Shown here piece by piece: positions 26,530 to 38,088 of a stretch of 53,367 nucleotides of DNA. This DNA is from Microthyrium microscopicum (Eukaryota). The stretch is from the NCBI GenBank assembly GCA_010405405.1, contig MU004236.1, positions 2,362,070-2,415,436 on the forward strand, given 5' to 3'. Numbering within the stretch: position 1 is the first letter of the stretch; each line of letters starts with the position of its first letter. Made by a program: the position numbers and the translations under genes. Under the pieces are notes generated by a model. The model worked only from the letters and a program-made list of their open reading frames with translations. It searched no databases and was not told the origin of the DNA.

Positions 26530-27664
26530 ATGTCGGTGATATATGGTTTGACCGCCAAAGGCATGGAGACTTTCGCTCGAACCGCTCCTTCGCATCAGCC
26601 TAAGCAAAAAATCAACCGCCAACCTCTGCGCGAGATCAACCCCAACAGAGGGTATTCCTTCAAAGAAATGGTGGAAATAGCCGATAAAATCAACAGTTTT
26701 GGAAAAGCTAAATCGCTTAAACGAAAATCGAATGATGCCGATCTAAACTCGAACCTTGACCTCGAATCCCAAGACCCTGACCTGGAGTCGGCCAGCGATC
26801 AGGACGATTGCGACACCATTCGCCACAAAATTCGAAATCTGCTCGAAACGGGTGATATAACAATCAAAGCCTGGCTCGCCGAATTGGATGTCAGTGGGGG
26901 TGCCTATTATCGCTTCACAAAGCAGCATGGCAAGCACAGTGGCCATAGCAGTGTCTTCTACGAGAAAGCCGTTGAGTACTTTGAGAAGCGAGAAGGCAAA
27001 CAGCCTAGCAAGTCCAGAAAGAAGCGGACAGCCGTGCCAGCCCCTTCTCAATCATCGACGGCAAACATGGCTCATACCGATAAGTCCGGTGGTGAGTCAG
27101 ATGAACCAGCTTTAGCACCTAGCAAAGCCAACTCCTCGGCCAGGAAGTCTGCTACAGATATACCGCTAACAGATTTCACCGGCATTGAGCTTGATGGCGA
27201 AGAAGATGACGTAGTCTCAATTTTCGACTCCTGTGACGAAATCCGCCGAAAGATCAATGTATGTTAGCCACCTTCTTACTCTGTTATAATTTCCTAACTT
27301 CTAATAGGCATACCTGCGCAAGCCTAGTATGACTCGAACGCACTTTTTGCGCGATCTTCATGCGCAGTTCCAGGGTCCACGCAAACCGAAGACAATGAGC
27401 TGCCCACAACTGGCAACGTTTCTTGGTCAAAAAGGCCCGGTGACTGGCAACCAAACCAATGTCTACTATGCCGCATATGTGTTTTTCGAAAAACAACGTT
27501 TGGCCGCTCGAAAACCAAAAACCCAACATCGCGAGGATATGGAGGATGCATGGTGGATGGAGGATGGTGTTGATGTGACGATTAATCTTAAGAATGTTCG
27601 TTACATCGGAAGGGTAGGCATGTCTCTGGGCATCAACAAGTTCGGGAAGCCTTTTACGTATTAG
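26530..27664 (+). CDS. Conserved fungal hypothetical protein with two repeated helical domains (DUF7726-like); start codon uncertain
   Basis: ORFs 26458-27267 and 27329-27664 join through a GT-AG intron at 27259-27307 (RRKIN|AYLRKPS). Internal repeat: DCDTIRHKIRNLL...FYEKAVEYFEKR versus SCDEIRRKINAYL...YYAAYVFFEKQR. The family label is from recall only. Confidence 0.75.
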
Positions 27665-28142
27665 AGGCATGGTCAATCGCGCACTGCGCTTTACTACATA
27701 TTGCTACATATTGCAAACATTAGCAAATGCTTAGCTTGTGAATTGTACATGCTCATACATATGTGAGGGTAAGGTAAGTTTTCGGTTTGATGTGCTCCTG
27801 ATTGTTCCGATGCTAAAACTGTTAGGCTTGACTCTGAACCAGCGCTATTGATGAGCCCCATCGCTGTTCATGAGTATTTTATCTTCTGAGAGGTTATGCG
27901 AAATGGTATGCTTACCGGTATGATACATCTATTTGGTAATAGACAGTACTCATGGTACCGTTTTGGTTTAGTCTACCATAGCGGTAGAAGACCGATTGGC
28001 TCAACCATGACCACGACAAGCCCCTGAATCCTCCACAACTTATACACTGTTGGAGCCTTCTAGCTATTCAATCGAACTTACAACTGCGTTGATTATTTCA
28101 AATCGTACACCTTTCTCAAATTGCCAGTAATCACCATTAGCC

Positions 28143-29154
28143 ATGGCTTTACGCTGGGAACAGAACCCTGTAGGAGCACAAGTGCTCGTCCAGAGTATCT
28201 GTCTGAATGCCGTGAGTTGTATCTTTGTGGGAACAAGAATTTGGCTTCGTATCAGCAAACTCAGAAAATTGTATCTCGAAGACTACATTTTGACTCTCGC
28301 GCTTCTCGTATCCATTGCGCTGACCGTCGACATCGAATTTCAACGAAGATCAGGTTCAGGATTGCACCGCTGGCAGCTTCAAAGCATGCACCTCCATCCA
28401 GGAGAATTTCTATTTGTTTGTATCCCATCAATCCTGACATGCGCCTAACTTACCAGTGTCACAGTGGCTCTGGATGAGCATACTTCTCTATCAAACAACC
28501 ATCTTTCTAACAAAACTCGCCCTGGCATTCCAATATTACAGAGTCTTCAAGTTCCGAGTCCAGCGCATACAGTCCCTTATTCTTGGACTTTTTGTCACCC
28601 TTACCTATGTCCAGGTTTTGCTCACAACAATTGTATTTGTTTGTCGTCCAACGAAAAAGTTCTGGAATCCTGAGCTCGCTGGAACGTGCTTGCCATTACA
28701 TGTCCTTGGTCCCGTCAATGGCGCCCTCTCTGTTATTGGCAATCTTCTTCTCATAGTTCTGCCTATCCCGGCTATAGGAAAGCTCAACTTGCCGAAGAGA
28801 ACAAAGTGGGCGCTCTCTGTTGCCTTCCTTTTTGGCCTTGCTGAGTGTGTGGTGTCATTTGCAAGGCTATACACGCTCATTAAGGTCCTCTCAGCGAATG
28901 ACATGCTGTATTACACTCGTTATGCCTCTCTCTGGACTGTGGCCGAGGCGAATGTTGGTCTGATGTGCATATGTATACCAGCATTTCAGCCGCTTCTTAG
29001 CCGGTGGCTGCCTCGTGCTTTTGGAGGTACGAACCAGGATAGCACAAGACAGACGCAGCAGATGTCCAGGGGCTCAAGGTCAGGCTATGAGCGAGCTGAG
29101 AGCGGGTCTACTGCCCACACAAACCCCAATCGAGCGAGAAGCCCAGAAGTTTGA
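28143..29154 (+). CDS. PTH11-like / fungal rhodopsin-domain integral membrane protein (no CFEM domain)
   Basis: Two exons with a phase-0 intron at 28416-28464. Multiple hydrophobic helices and family motifs RxxxR..LEDY, TKLA..FQYYRVF, CRP..KFWNP...GTC, LPIP.I.KL.LP, WT.AE.NVG.MC.CIP..PL. Confidence 0.88.
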
Positions 29155-29646
29155 TTTATCGAGCTATCAAAATATCAACCTAGGAGTTGATAGGTTGTGC
29201 AGGCCAAGCTGTGATGAAATTATTGCCAATCAGGCTGAAACATGCGACGGGGCCGATTCTTGAAGAGCACGTCAATGGACTGTGGCATAGCATATCACGT
29301 ATCAAATTGGACTGGAAATACCGGTCCTCGTATTCCAAACGGCAAACAACGTGTCAAGGTCAAATGCAGTATCGTCACGCAATACTTCGCCATGTCTGTC
29401 AACGCGGCGATATCATCACCTCCGAATGACCAAACTTATGTTCTTTGCTTCACTCTATATGAGAAAGCAGTCGTGGTTGATACCTACAACATCTTCAAAG
29501 AGCAATCGGTGGCGTTATTGATGTTGTCATTGGATACTATAGGAAGCATCGGTGAACATCGACATCTAGAACTGTGATACATGACAGAGCCATCACTTCA
29601 CGAAGACCCGGAGTCTCATACCAGACACCCATTCCTCAGTCCTCGC

Positions 29647-31337
29647 TCAGCAAAGGTTTTGACCGCGAGCAGCGACCTCTTCTTCCAACTCCTTCACTGT
29701 CCGAAACTTGATCAATGGTCCTGACTTATTGAAGAAATCTGAACTTCGATCCTCGAATTCCGGAATTGGCACAAGGCTGGGAGACGGAAGGCAGTTTGAG
29801 CTTAGCCAGTAACCAGCTTTGTGGTTAGCGTAGTCTCGTTCAGGTATGGGCAAGAATGGAATGGGGTCTCCAGTCACTGCTTCGAATTGATCGCAGTTGA
29901 GAACTTGCACATTGAATGTGACGCTCTTCGAAGCGTCCCACTTATGAACACCCTTATCCTCGACAATAACCTGCGTGATACCGCCGCCAGGAACACTAGC
30001 CTTGTCGTAACCCTGGTCAATACGAGTGCGGCCAGTACCTCCTAACGACAACAGCAGATGGATCTGCGCGTCCTGTCAATAGTTAGATCGTCATACGGGG
30101 AGACATGTGTGAATTGCTCGCCTGGTGAATGTTGTACTCGGTGAGGGTATAGTGATCTGGTTACATGTTAGTGTGCCGTCACAATAAAACGATCTCCGTA
30201 CCTTCTAGTATTTTCCCCTGGAAGATCAATCGCTGCGGATCGAGAGGTAGTCCCTCTTTGTCTTGTATTTTCTTCTTAACGTCTTCGATGGTGTCTGTTC
30301 CTGCTACATTCAAGGTAATGGTTTTGCCAGTCAAGTATTTGACATGTATAGTACCAGATGAAAAGGCCTGCAGTTGAGAGTCTCGCTCAACATTGATGAT
30401 GACGATCTGATAGAAAAAGCATGTTAGGCAATGGTGCAAAGCATATACCGAAGATACGCACTTCCTCAATTTTCATATCCTTCAATGCTTCTCCAATATA
30501 CTTGCACCCTAAAACAAATTAGTTGAGTCCTGCTACGTAGAGGGTGGCCGTTACCTGTCAATGGCTGCTCGTCGATCTTAAGATTATCGCATGGCAGAAA
30601 GTCAACTCGGGGATCAGAGTATAGCTGATGCCGTAAATGTTGGATAGTTTCGGTAAGCTCCAACTCAACAGAGGTTGCAATTCCATCAGCTCCTATGACA
30701 CGAACAATCTTTCTATGGATCATCATCGGCGTAATCTCGAATCGCAAGCCACCGACACATCCAGGATTGGTAATCTGCGTTTCCAACATGGAATCAGAAT
30801 CAACGGTTCTGGCCACAAATTGGCGGATTTTGCCAGGCTCGGAGACTACGCCATCCAGCCAAATTTGGTCCTGCGTAAGTATGTAGTCTTGGACCGACTC
30901 TCCTCTGCTCATCTTGACCTGACGTCGAAGCAATGTTCCAATGTTCTCGTCGAAGGGTTCGCCAGAGATGACATTGACTCCTCCAGCATAGACCTTGACT
31001 ACGTAAGGCTTTTTAGACCAGAAGTTTATCATCATGGCTTCTCGCTCTATTCGGTAACGTGTCAAAATGGAAACTGGAGCTTCATAAGCAGGCTAGACTC
31101 ACGATGCATCGGGAAGAATAATCCTCCCTTGGTAACCATATCGACAGGCAAATTGGCACTGTAGTCTTTCACTTCGAAGAGCGGAAACGTGTCGATGAGA
31201 TTTTGTTGCGGTAAGAGGCTATCGCCATAGCCCTCAGTAGCCTTCAATCGAAGCAAACGAGAGAAGAATATTTCGAGGTCATCAATTTTGATGGCTTTGG
31301 TTTTCATCTGTATCTTAGGAATCCAAGGAGATGACAT
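29647..31337 (-). CDS. Multi-exon protein of unknown function with internal ubiquitin-like domain(s)
   Basis: Spliced reading: ...[18 protein letters not shown]...QDYI...Q.WLDG...IRQFVA...[10 protein letters not shown] ubiquitin-like block follows: [15 protein letters not shown]...[54 protein letters not shown]. The C-terminal part reads [11 protein letters not shown]...W...TFNVQVLN...FEAVTG. Five introns are inferred, one of them GC-AG (30073-30121). Confidence 0.8.
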
Positions 31338-32544
31338 GGTGGGCGAGTTCTTGACAAAGTCGGAGGATTGATCGTAGTCAAAAAGGTTAGAAGGTGCAAG
31401 AAATCCGATAGTGGAGATAGAGAAGAGAGTGTCACAAAAACGATTGTGAATCGTGAGCTGGTGAGAACTTGAGAAGGATCAAATGTTAGGCGGAGTTATG
31501 TTAAGGAAGGCTTCAAAATATCATGTGCGCTCAGGTTGCCTGGCAAACAATGAAAGCGGCAGGAGCAATCCACCCAGGTAGCTAGCCGTCAATGGTAGCT
31601 ACTGTATCAGGAAAGAACCCTGGAGCAATGCAGATGCAGCGAGGCAAGTACGATCGGGCTGAATATAGAAAGTCAAGTACCTCGGGTCCTTTCTTTGCTT
31701 CTATCAGGCATGAAAACTCCCCAAGTAGTCCCACGATGTATTCATTGTATTAAACAGTACGAAAATTGGGCATGCATGTTTGCGCAGGCTGAGAGTGGCT
31801 GGGCCTGCGCCACCCCCCGCAAGGTGAAGCCGCTGCTTGAACTTCAACAGAACCTCTGACTGACGCCTCTACTTCTCAAATTAGTGATTTCTACAATAGC
31901 TTTGATGTTTATACTATAGACATCTATTTGCCATATAAACATTGGCTCTGAACTTGATACCGTAATTATCGGGGCTCATCTCAAAAACAGAGTTGATAAA
32001 GAGACACATTCACTTCCTAGTACAGGCAATTAAACGAACATGAACTACGCAGTCATGGCCAAGTCTTCTATTGCCTTGACAGCAATTCCAAGTGTCGTTC
32101 TCTTGTTGGCCTACAAACATGCTGACAGGTTGGTCTCGCGTTGTGTTAACTGCCGTCCCTGCGCATCATACTCGCAGCCTGGAGAGCAAGAAGGCACTTG
32201 ACATCGATCGCATCGGCTACACAGTCACCTGCCGAATTTACTTTGTAGCATAGCAGCACAGAGATATCAAGTGGAACATTGACTCGATTCTAGTGCAGCC
32301 ATATGTTACACAACTAACCACGTTAAGATCGTGAGCAAACGAATAACATTATGAGACTTCCCAGTCACGTCGCCCTGCGAGTTCTTTCTTTCTTAGCTTG
32401 CGTATGCCATCTACAGACCTTGCTCGACCTTCAGAATCAAGTGCTATATTACTTATAATGTGATATCTTGAACCATAATTCAATTCCTGAACTGGCCTCC
32501 TTCCAAGGTGTCGCAAGATATGATTTATACAAAGACAACAAGCG

Positions 32545-34496
32545 ATGGTAGGCGCCATCACTCAGTGGACAGCATTGAGATTTGAAGGGCTAAAATTTGA
32601 AGCTTTGCGTCGCTATTTCTCTTATCCGCCCTTCCTGGGCAAGAAGAATATTCGTCTGCTGGAAATGGTTTTAGAAAGCGATATAGTGTGCTCGAGGAGG
32701 GCAAATTTTATGACTGTTCCATTGCCTAAACTCATCTAAATCTGAAGCAGAAAGTTCAACATGATCGAAGCAAACATCGATGATCCAGCAGGTATTCCAG
32801 CATACACTGCACTTTCATACACGTGGGGGAATCATAATAGCACTGTGACCATCACAATCGAAGGTTCCCCTCTGGACATATCACAAAACCTGGGTGACGC
32901 TTTATGCCAAGTCGTCCAAAAGGCATACAAAACTAGTCCATACCTCTGGGTGGATCAAATATGTATAAATCAGAGGGATTTAGCCGAGCGTGGAGATCAG
33001 GTCCGCTACATGGGCTACATCTACGAAAGGGCGGCGGAAGTGTGTATTTGGCTCGGCGATGGGACTCCAGATGGAGACCACGATCTCGCTATCGATGTGC
33101 TAAGCTCCTGGCCACAAGACTTTTGCAACTCAAGAAGACCTTCTGAAGGACCCTTGCTCTTTCTCATGGAGCAGAATGGATCCCACAGCCAAGGGTAAGA
33201 TGCTCTCAGCTTAATCCTCACTGAAAGCCATAACTTTATCACTTACCTCATCTCAGATCCTGGTCAGAGGTAGTCCCCTCCTTGTCATCCGAGTCAGCTT
33301 GGAATGCTGTCAACAAGTTAAGCCAACGACTCTGGTGGTCACGAGCCTGGGTTGTACAGGAAGCAACTGGACCCGCTCCTACTTATTGTATGGTAGGGTC
33401 AAGATCAATTCCCTTCCCGAACCTCGTAAAGCAACTTCTTGTAGCTAGACTTATCACCAACATGCCCAGCTTTCCACTTGGTCCGCTGGTGGCACGATTT
33501 GCATGGAGTATGCTCATGATCTCCGATCTACGCCCCCATCAGCAACTCAAACTTCTCGATGCGCTACAGTTTCTTCGTATTCTATCCTGCAACGATTCGA
33601 GAGATAAGTTATACGCCATATTGGGTCTTATCGATGACAACACCGTAATCATTGTTCCAGACTATTCAAAGTCAATGACACAGGTCTATACAGACGTTAT
33701 TCGTTTTTGTATTGGTACATACCCGCCACTGCATAAACTTGACTTTCTCGGCTATGTAGCCCATGAAACTGTGGATGAAGACTGGCCATCTTTCGTACCA
33801 AATTGGACCCGATGCCCAGAGTTCAACGCTTTTGCCAAAACGCAACAGGAATTCAAAATGGCGGATCGTCTATATAACGCCAGTCTAGACCATACAGGCC
33901 ACATTAGCATAGACAATGGGATTCTAAGCGTAGATGCATTCGATGTAGACACTGTAGTGGAGGTCGGGGATGTCTGCGAGACTCCAGATCTTGCCGATAT
34001 CGAACGCTGTCTCAAATCTTAGAAACTAGAAAGGCCCGAACTCAGATAATTCAACGGACAAACCGAAGAGGAAGCATATCTTCACATCTTGATTGCCGAT
34101 ACCTATCGCAGATTTGATTGCAGGTTAGAACGAGGCTGTCAGTTTGATCCGCGAATTCTCCAATCTGGGTTCAAAGGCGAGCTTCCAGTCGAGCGGTTCA
34201 AGTATACACATCATATGCGAGCATCTATGCGGTGTACGGTGACTAATCGAAGGCTCTTTCGAACAAAGTTGGGGTATATGGGCATTGGACCAAGTTCTAT
34301 GTGCGTCGAGGATCGCGTATGCGGCTTCCTAGGTGGTCAAATGCTGTATGTGATCCGCCACCACAGCGATTTCAATGTTAAGGAGCCAAAATTTCACTTT
34401 GTGGGGGAGTGTTATGTTCATGGACTCATGGATGGGGAAGCCGTCAAATATATGAAGAATGGCACCGTGGATAGCTATCGAATGCATTTGTGCTGA
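32545..34496 (+). pseudogene. HET-domain (HET-6-like) heterokaryon incompatibility protein with two in-frame stop codons
   Basis: HET motifs IRLL, YTALSYTWG, LWVDQICINQ.D..ER..QV..M..IY, WWSRAWVVQE, DSRDKLYAILGL, WPSFVPNW and the C-terminal VGECYVHGLMDGEA. Intron at 33195-33256. TAG at 34020-34022 and TAA at 34047-34049 interrupt a single continuous frame. The 5' exon structure is uncertain. Confidence 0.85.
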
Positions 34497-34651
34497 GGAG
34501 CTAGATGATAAGCAATCGAGTCTGGTTCCATACGTTGTCAATAAGAATGTGTTACAGTGTTTACATTGTTCCAATTGCACTAGTAATACAGCTTTAGGTA
34601 CCATACCATAGCTTCCTCCTGATAGCATCCAGCGCACAACATATCAATCAA

Positions 34652-35260
34652 CTACTTCTCCGAATGATGATTCATTCCAGGGGAAAGTTCCATAAAGTCC
34701 TTTCCCAAAGGGTATGCCTCAACGACAGTCTTATATTCTGCCGTAGTGACATAGCCCGAAGGCCCCATCAAGTCAATCAGCTGCCCATCGCGAACCGCGC
34801 GAACCTCCAGAGCCTGGCTTGAATCAGAAGCCTTAAGATGCAAGACGACCGAATCCACCACGAGCTGGACGCGAGATTGCTTCCAGAGTTTTCCCTCAGT
34901 GCTGTTTGCGAGAAAATTTCGCACACCAGTTTCGCCCAATGCGGCATGGTCGTTCTTCATTGGCGCTTTGGGGTCTTCAATTCCAAAGTCGTGTAGTATT
35001 GCTCCCAAGGCGTGGACTTCTTCGTCGACTATCTTGTTGTAGGCTGGGTTGCGGTTGATGATGAGGGACCCGAAGACCCAAGAGCGCATGCTGTGGTTGA
35101 AGACACCCCCATCTTCGTGCGCTTTTGTGTAGGAGATGGCATCGCGAACAATAGGAGTGTCTATCACGCTGACGCCGGCGATGGTTCGATGGGGTATTTC
35201 AGCCAATAGTGGGGAACAATTTCCTAGCAGGAACAGAGATGAAAAGACTACTGACTTCAT
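34652..35260 (-). CDS. HD-domain metal-dependent hydrolase (cyanamide hydratase-like superfamily) with predicted signal peptide
   Basis: Hydrophobic N-terminus MKSVVFSSLFLLGNCSPLLA; motifs AGVSVIDTPIV, FNHSMRSWVFG, AILHDFG, DSVVLH. Confidence 0.8.
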   Translation of the reverse strand: MKSVVFSSLFLLGNCSPLLAEIPHRTIAGVSVIDTPIVRDAISYTKAHEDGGVFNHSMRSWVFGSLIINRNPAYNKIVDEEVHALGAILHDFGIEDPKAPMKNDHAALGETGVRNFLANSTEGKLWKQSRVQLVVDSVVLHLKASDSSQALEVRAVRDGQLIDLMGPSGYVTTAEYKTVVEAYPLGKDFMELSPGMNHHSEK

Positions 35261-36085
35261 TGTGGTTTTTCAAAATCGAGAATGAGTTGATGGCTTTTCC
35301 TTGTACTGCCTTCGAGGCAATCCTTATATACCAAAAGCGGTCACTCGTGAAACTAGATCTCAACTTTTTCAATGCCCTTGGCTTTTCGGCCATCCTACTC
35401 AATCCAGGGCTCTCAAGCTTAGAAATATGCTCACAACTTCGCTTAGAACTCAAGTCTTACAAGCTTGGGGATTTCTGTAGCATCGCTTCATCTAACAGAA
35501 GGCTCAGGCTTCAAGGGACGTACTTCGTACATGCAATGTATGAAGTATATCGACCAAGTAGGCGAGTAAAAGAGCTTCGTTGGGACTGCAAGCCCATGAG
35601 GTTCAATATAAATATATTGCCCTTTCCGCACTCGTGAAAAATTGCCATCCCGTCCACCCTCGCCGAAAGTTGCCATCCGCGGGCTTAAAAGTTTTGAACA
35701 AGATAGACCTGTGCTTTCGCAGCTTCTTGGTTGAACGTTCTTAGAGTCTTGTTGGAGAAATTGGGCGATTAGATGTTGCTGGAAGCACGGGAAGCAGGAA
35801 GATAAAAAGAGGGCTTCGTTATTGAACGAACCTGCCTCTTCGGGGACAAACTAAGTGAGCCGTTTCGTCGAGTATTCCATCGATCGATTCCATACACATC
35901 GAATGAACAGGTAGATGTTGTGTCATTGGGAAGGCGCCACTTAGAGTATGTTACCCTTTCCTCAAAGCTCTTGACAATATTTCGAAAACAACTCAACGAG
36001 GTAGAGTTAGTATTACCACAGGGATATTGCTTAGGTTGATTAGGACTAGCTGAAGAGCTCTATAAGATGCTACTAACAACGGTGA

Positions 36086-38088
36086 TTACTTTGGCAATCG
36101 CACACTCTGAGGGTTGTGAAACGTATCCTTTGGATCATATGTAGCCTTCAACTGCTGTAATTTGGCGTAGTTAGACTTCCAGTATGCCTGTTGTGCCCCT
36201 TGGAGTCGAGGGTCTATATAGCCCGGGTATGCTCCATTTGCTTGGAGTCCGGGCGTGCGATCGGTCATTGTCTCCATCAATCCGGTTACAAATTGGACAG
36301 CACTAGAGGATCGTTAGTATAAAAGCTGATCTGAAGGATGTTAGCCTACCTGTCTGGCAATGGCAACAGCCCATTCGACACGTATGGCTGAAAGTAGAAT
36401 AAAGTATCTCTATGGGCATATGCGGTAGCATCCATTGGTACATCATTCGTGGCACCTGCAATTTGTCAGTATAAGATTAGAAGAGTGGAGTTAAAACGCT
36501 CTGGAAAGACAATTTGGTCGTTTCCAGCGTAGAACCGGAATCAATTAGAAGCACCTTCTATGGTAGCCACCATATGCAATGGGAGATACGGCGCTTTTGG
36601 TTCTAATGGATGCCGTCAAAAAATATGAATTGGCACAGGGGAATCTTACCGCCTTGCACGTCGAAGATGGCGAACCACAATAAGCTGAGCGGTGATTTGG
36701 TATCAAGAAATGCCAGGAAAGAGTCGATGGCTGCATCAGAAAGCAGAGTAGTTGGTGTGAATGCCAGACTTGCAGCGTAAAATGAATTTGGGAACCAGCC
36801 AGCAACCTCCAACCCCATATTTTCAGCCCAGAAACCGACAGTACCAAGCCAGTTGTTTAAGACCAGTGTATGTGCTGCTGAAGCGCCAGAGAAGATGCTG
36901 GTCATATTGAGCGCGTCCCATTCTGCTGTGTTGCCGAAGAAAGTCCCGGAGATGACAAGACCAAGCGGTGTGAAGATGGCATTACTCGAGAATCTGCGGT
37001 CAAGCGCAGTGTTGGAGGCAAGTTTCTGCCAATCTTTAAACTGCTCTGCGTGCTGAGAAAAAGGAAGGCCGGAAAACGTATAGCTGTATTGCACAGTCTG
37101 AGAAGGCGGAGCGTGGGTGATGATGTCGAATTGAGTGACGATTCCAAAGCTAGCGCCACTGCCTTTGATAGCCCAGAGAAGATCCGGATTGGAGGTTGCT
37201 GAAGCTTGGGTAATGGTGCCATTGGCTAGGACGACAGTGGCAGATTGACTGTGAGGTTGGTCAGATGGAGATCAAGGATTACCTACCTGGCATAAAGACA
37301 CCTTGTGCTAGATACCAGAACTCAACATTTGATCGAGCGTGCCGTGGTATCATGGTCCAACGAAGAGGGTCCTTGGACAAAGCACTTACATATGATCGAG
37401 AGCAGTTCCCCACATCCTCGAAGCAGGACCAAGGCCGCCCATTGTAGCATGGCCCCCAATGCCAACCTGCGGACAAGTACCATGAGCGAAAGCCCGATTC
37501 GTTGTCGACATCTGTTTGTTCAAATCCTGGAGTAGGTTTCCAGCTCCAACATGAGCGATCTGTAACTCATTAGCATGGAGTAACCCAGATGACAAACTTC
37601 TCTGCATAACCACTTACCCAGTTTCCTGTCGCATCCCACACAAACCTCTTCATATTCCTCAGATCAACAACAACAGTCTCATTATCGCCACCGCCATATG
37701 CTACATCGCACCGTTAGCAAGGATCACACAGCATCAACTTCATAGCTCTCGAAGGGTATTACAATCCTTACCATAGTTAGCATAACCATGCCCTCCGGAC
37801 TTCGCTTGCACACTCTTCCCAAATTTGCTCGCGCACTTCACAGCTGCGGCTACATCCTCTGAGCTGTTCGCATACACCACGGCGAGTGGATGTACTGGAA
37901 TGGCAAGGTTATACGGCACCGTTTTGAGGCCGAAGATGGGGTCGGATCTGAGGAGGACAGAAGAGGCAGGGAGGGAGGAGAGAAGACACGCAGGGAGAGT
38001 ATTGGATGAGGGTGCGTTGCCTGCTGCTCATTAGTATTGGGTTTGAAAGAGCGTGAAAGACCGAGCTTGATATTGGAGGAATACCCAT
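36086..38088 (-). CDS. Berberine-bridge-enzyme-like FAD-linked oxidase (glucooligosaccharide oxidase / AA7-like)
   Basis: Multi-exon gene. Motifs QAKSGGHGYANY (His for covalent FAD), AHGTCPQVGIGGHATMGG (Cys for a second FAD link), WAIKGSGASFGIVTQF, and the C-terminal BBE domain YPGYIDP...YW.SNY.KLQQLK..YDP.DTFHNPQS. Confidence 0.9.

Noticed and set aside
30179..30469. Stand-alone ubiquitin gene
   Set aside because: Too divergent from ubiquitin, and it splices in frame into a larger gene on both sides.
32040..32220. Small ORF MNYAVMAKSSIALTAIPSVVLLLAYKH... upstream of the HET gene
   Set aside because: Under 60 codons with no recognisable motif. It could be an upstream exon, but this is unsupported.
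25364..38088. Secondary-metabolite gene cluster (P450, BBE oxidase, hydrolase)
   Set aside because: No backbone enzyme, transporter or cluster regulator in the window. Sequence left of position 1 is not visible, so a cluster there cannot be excluded.
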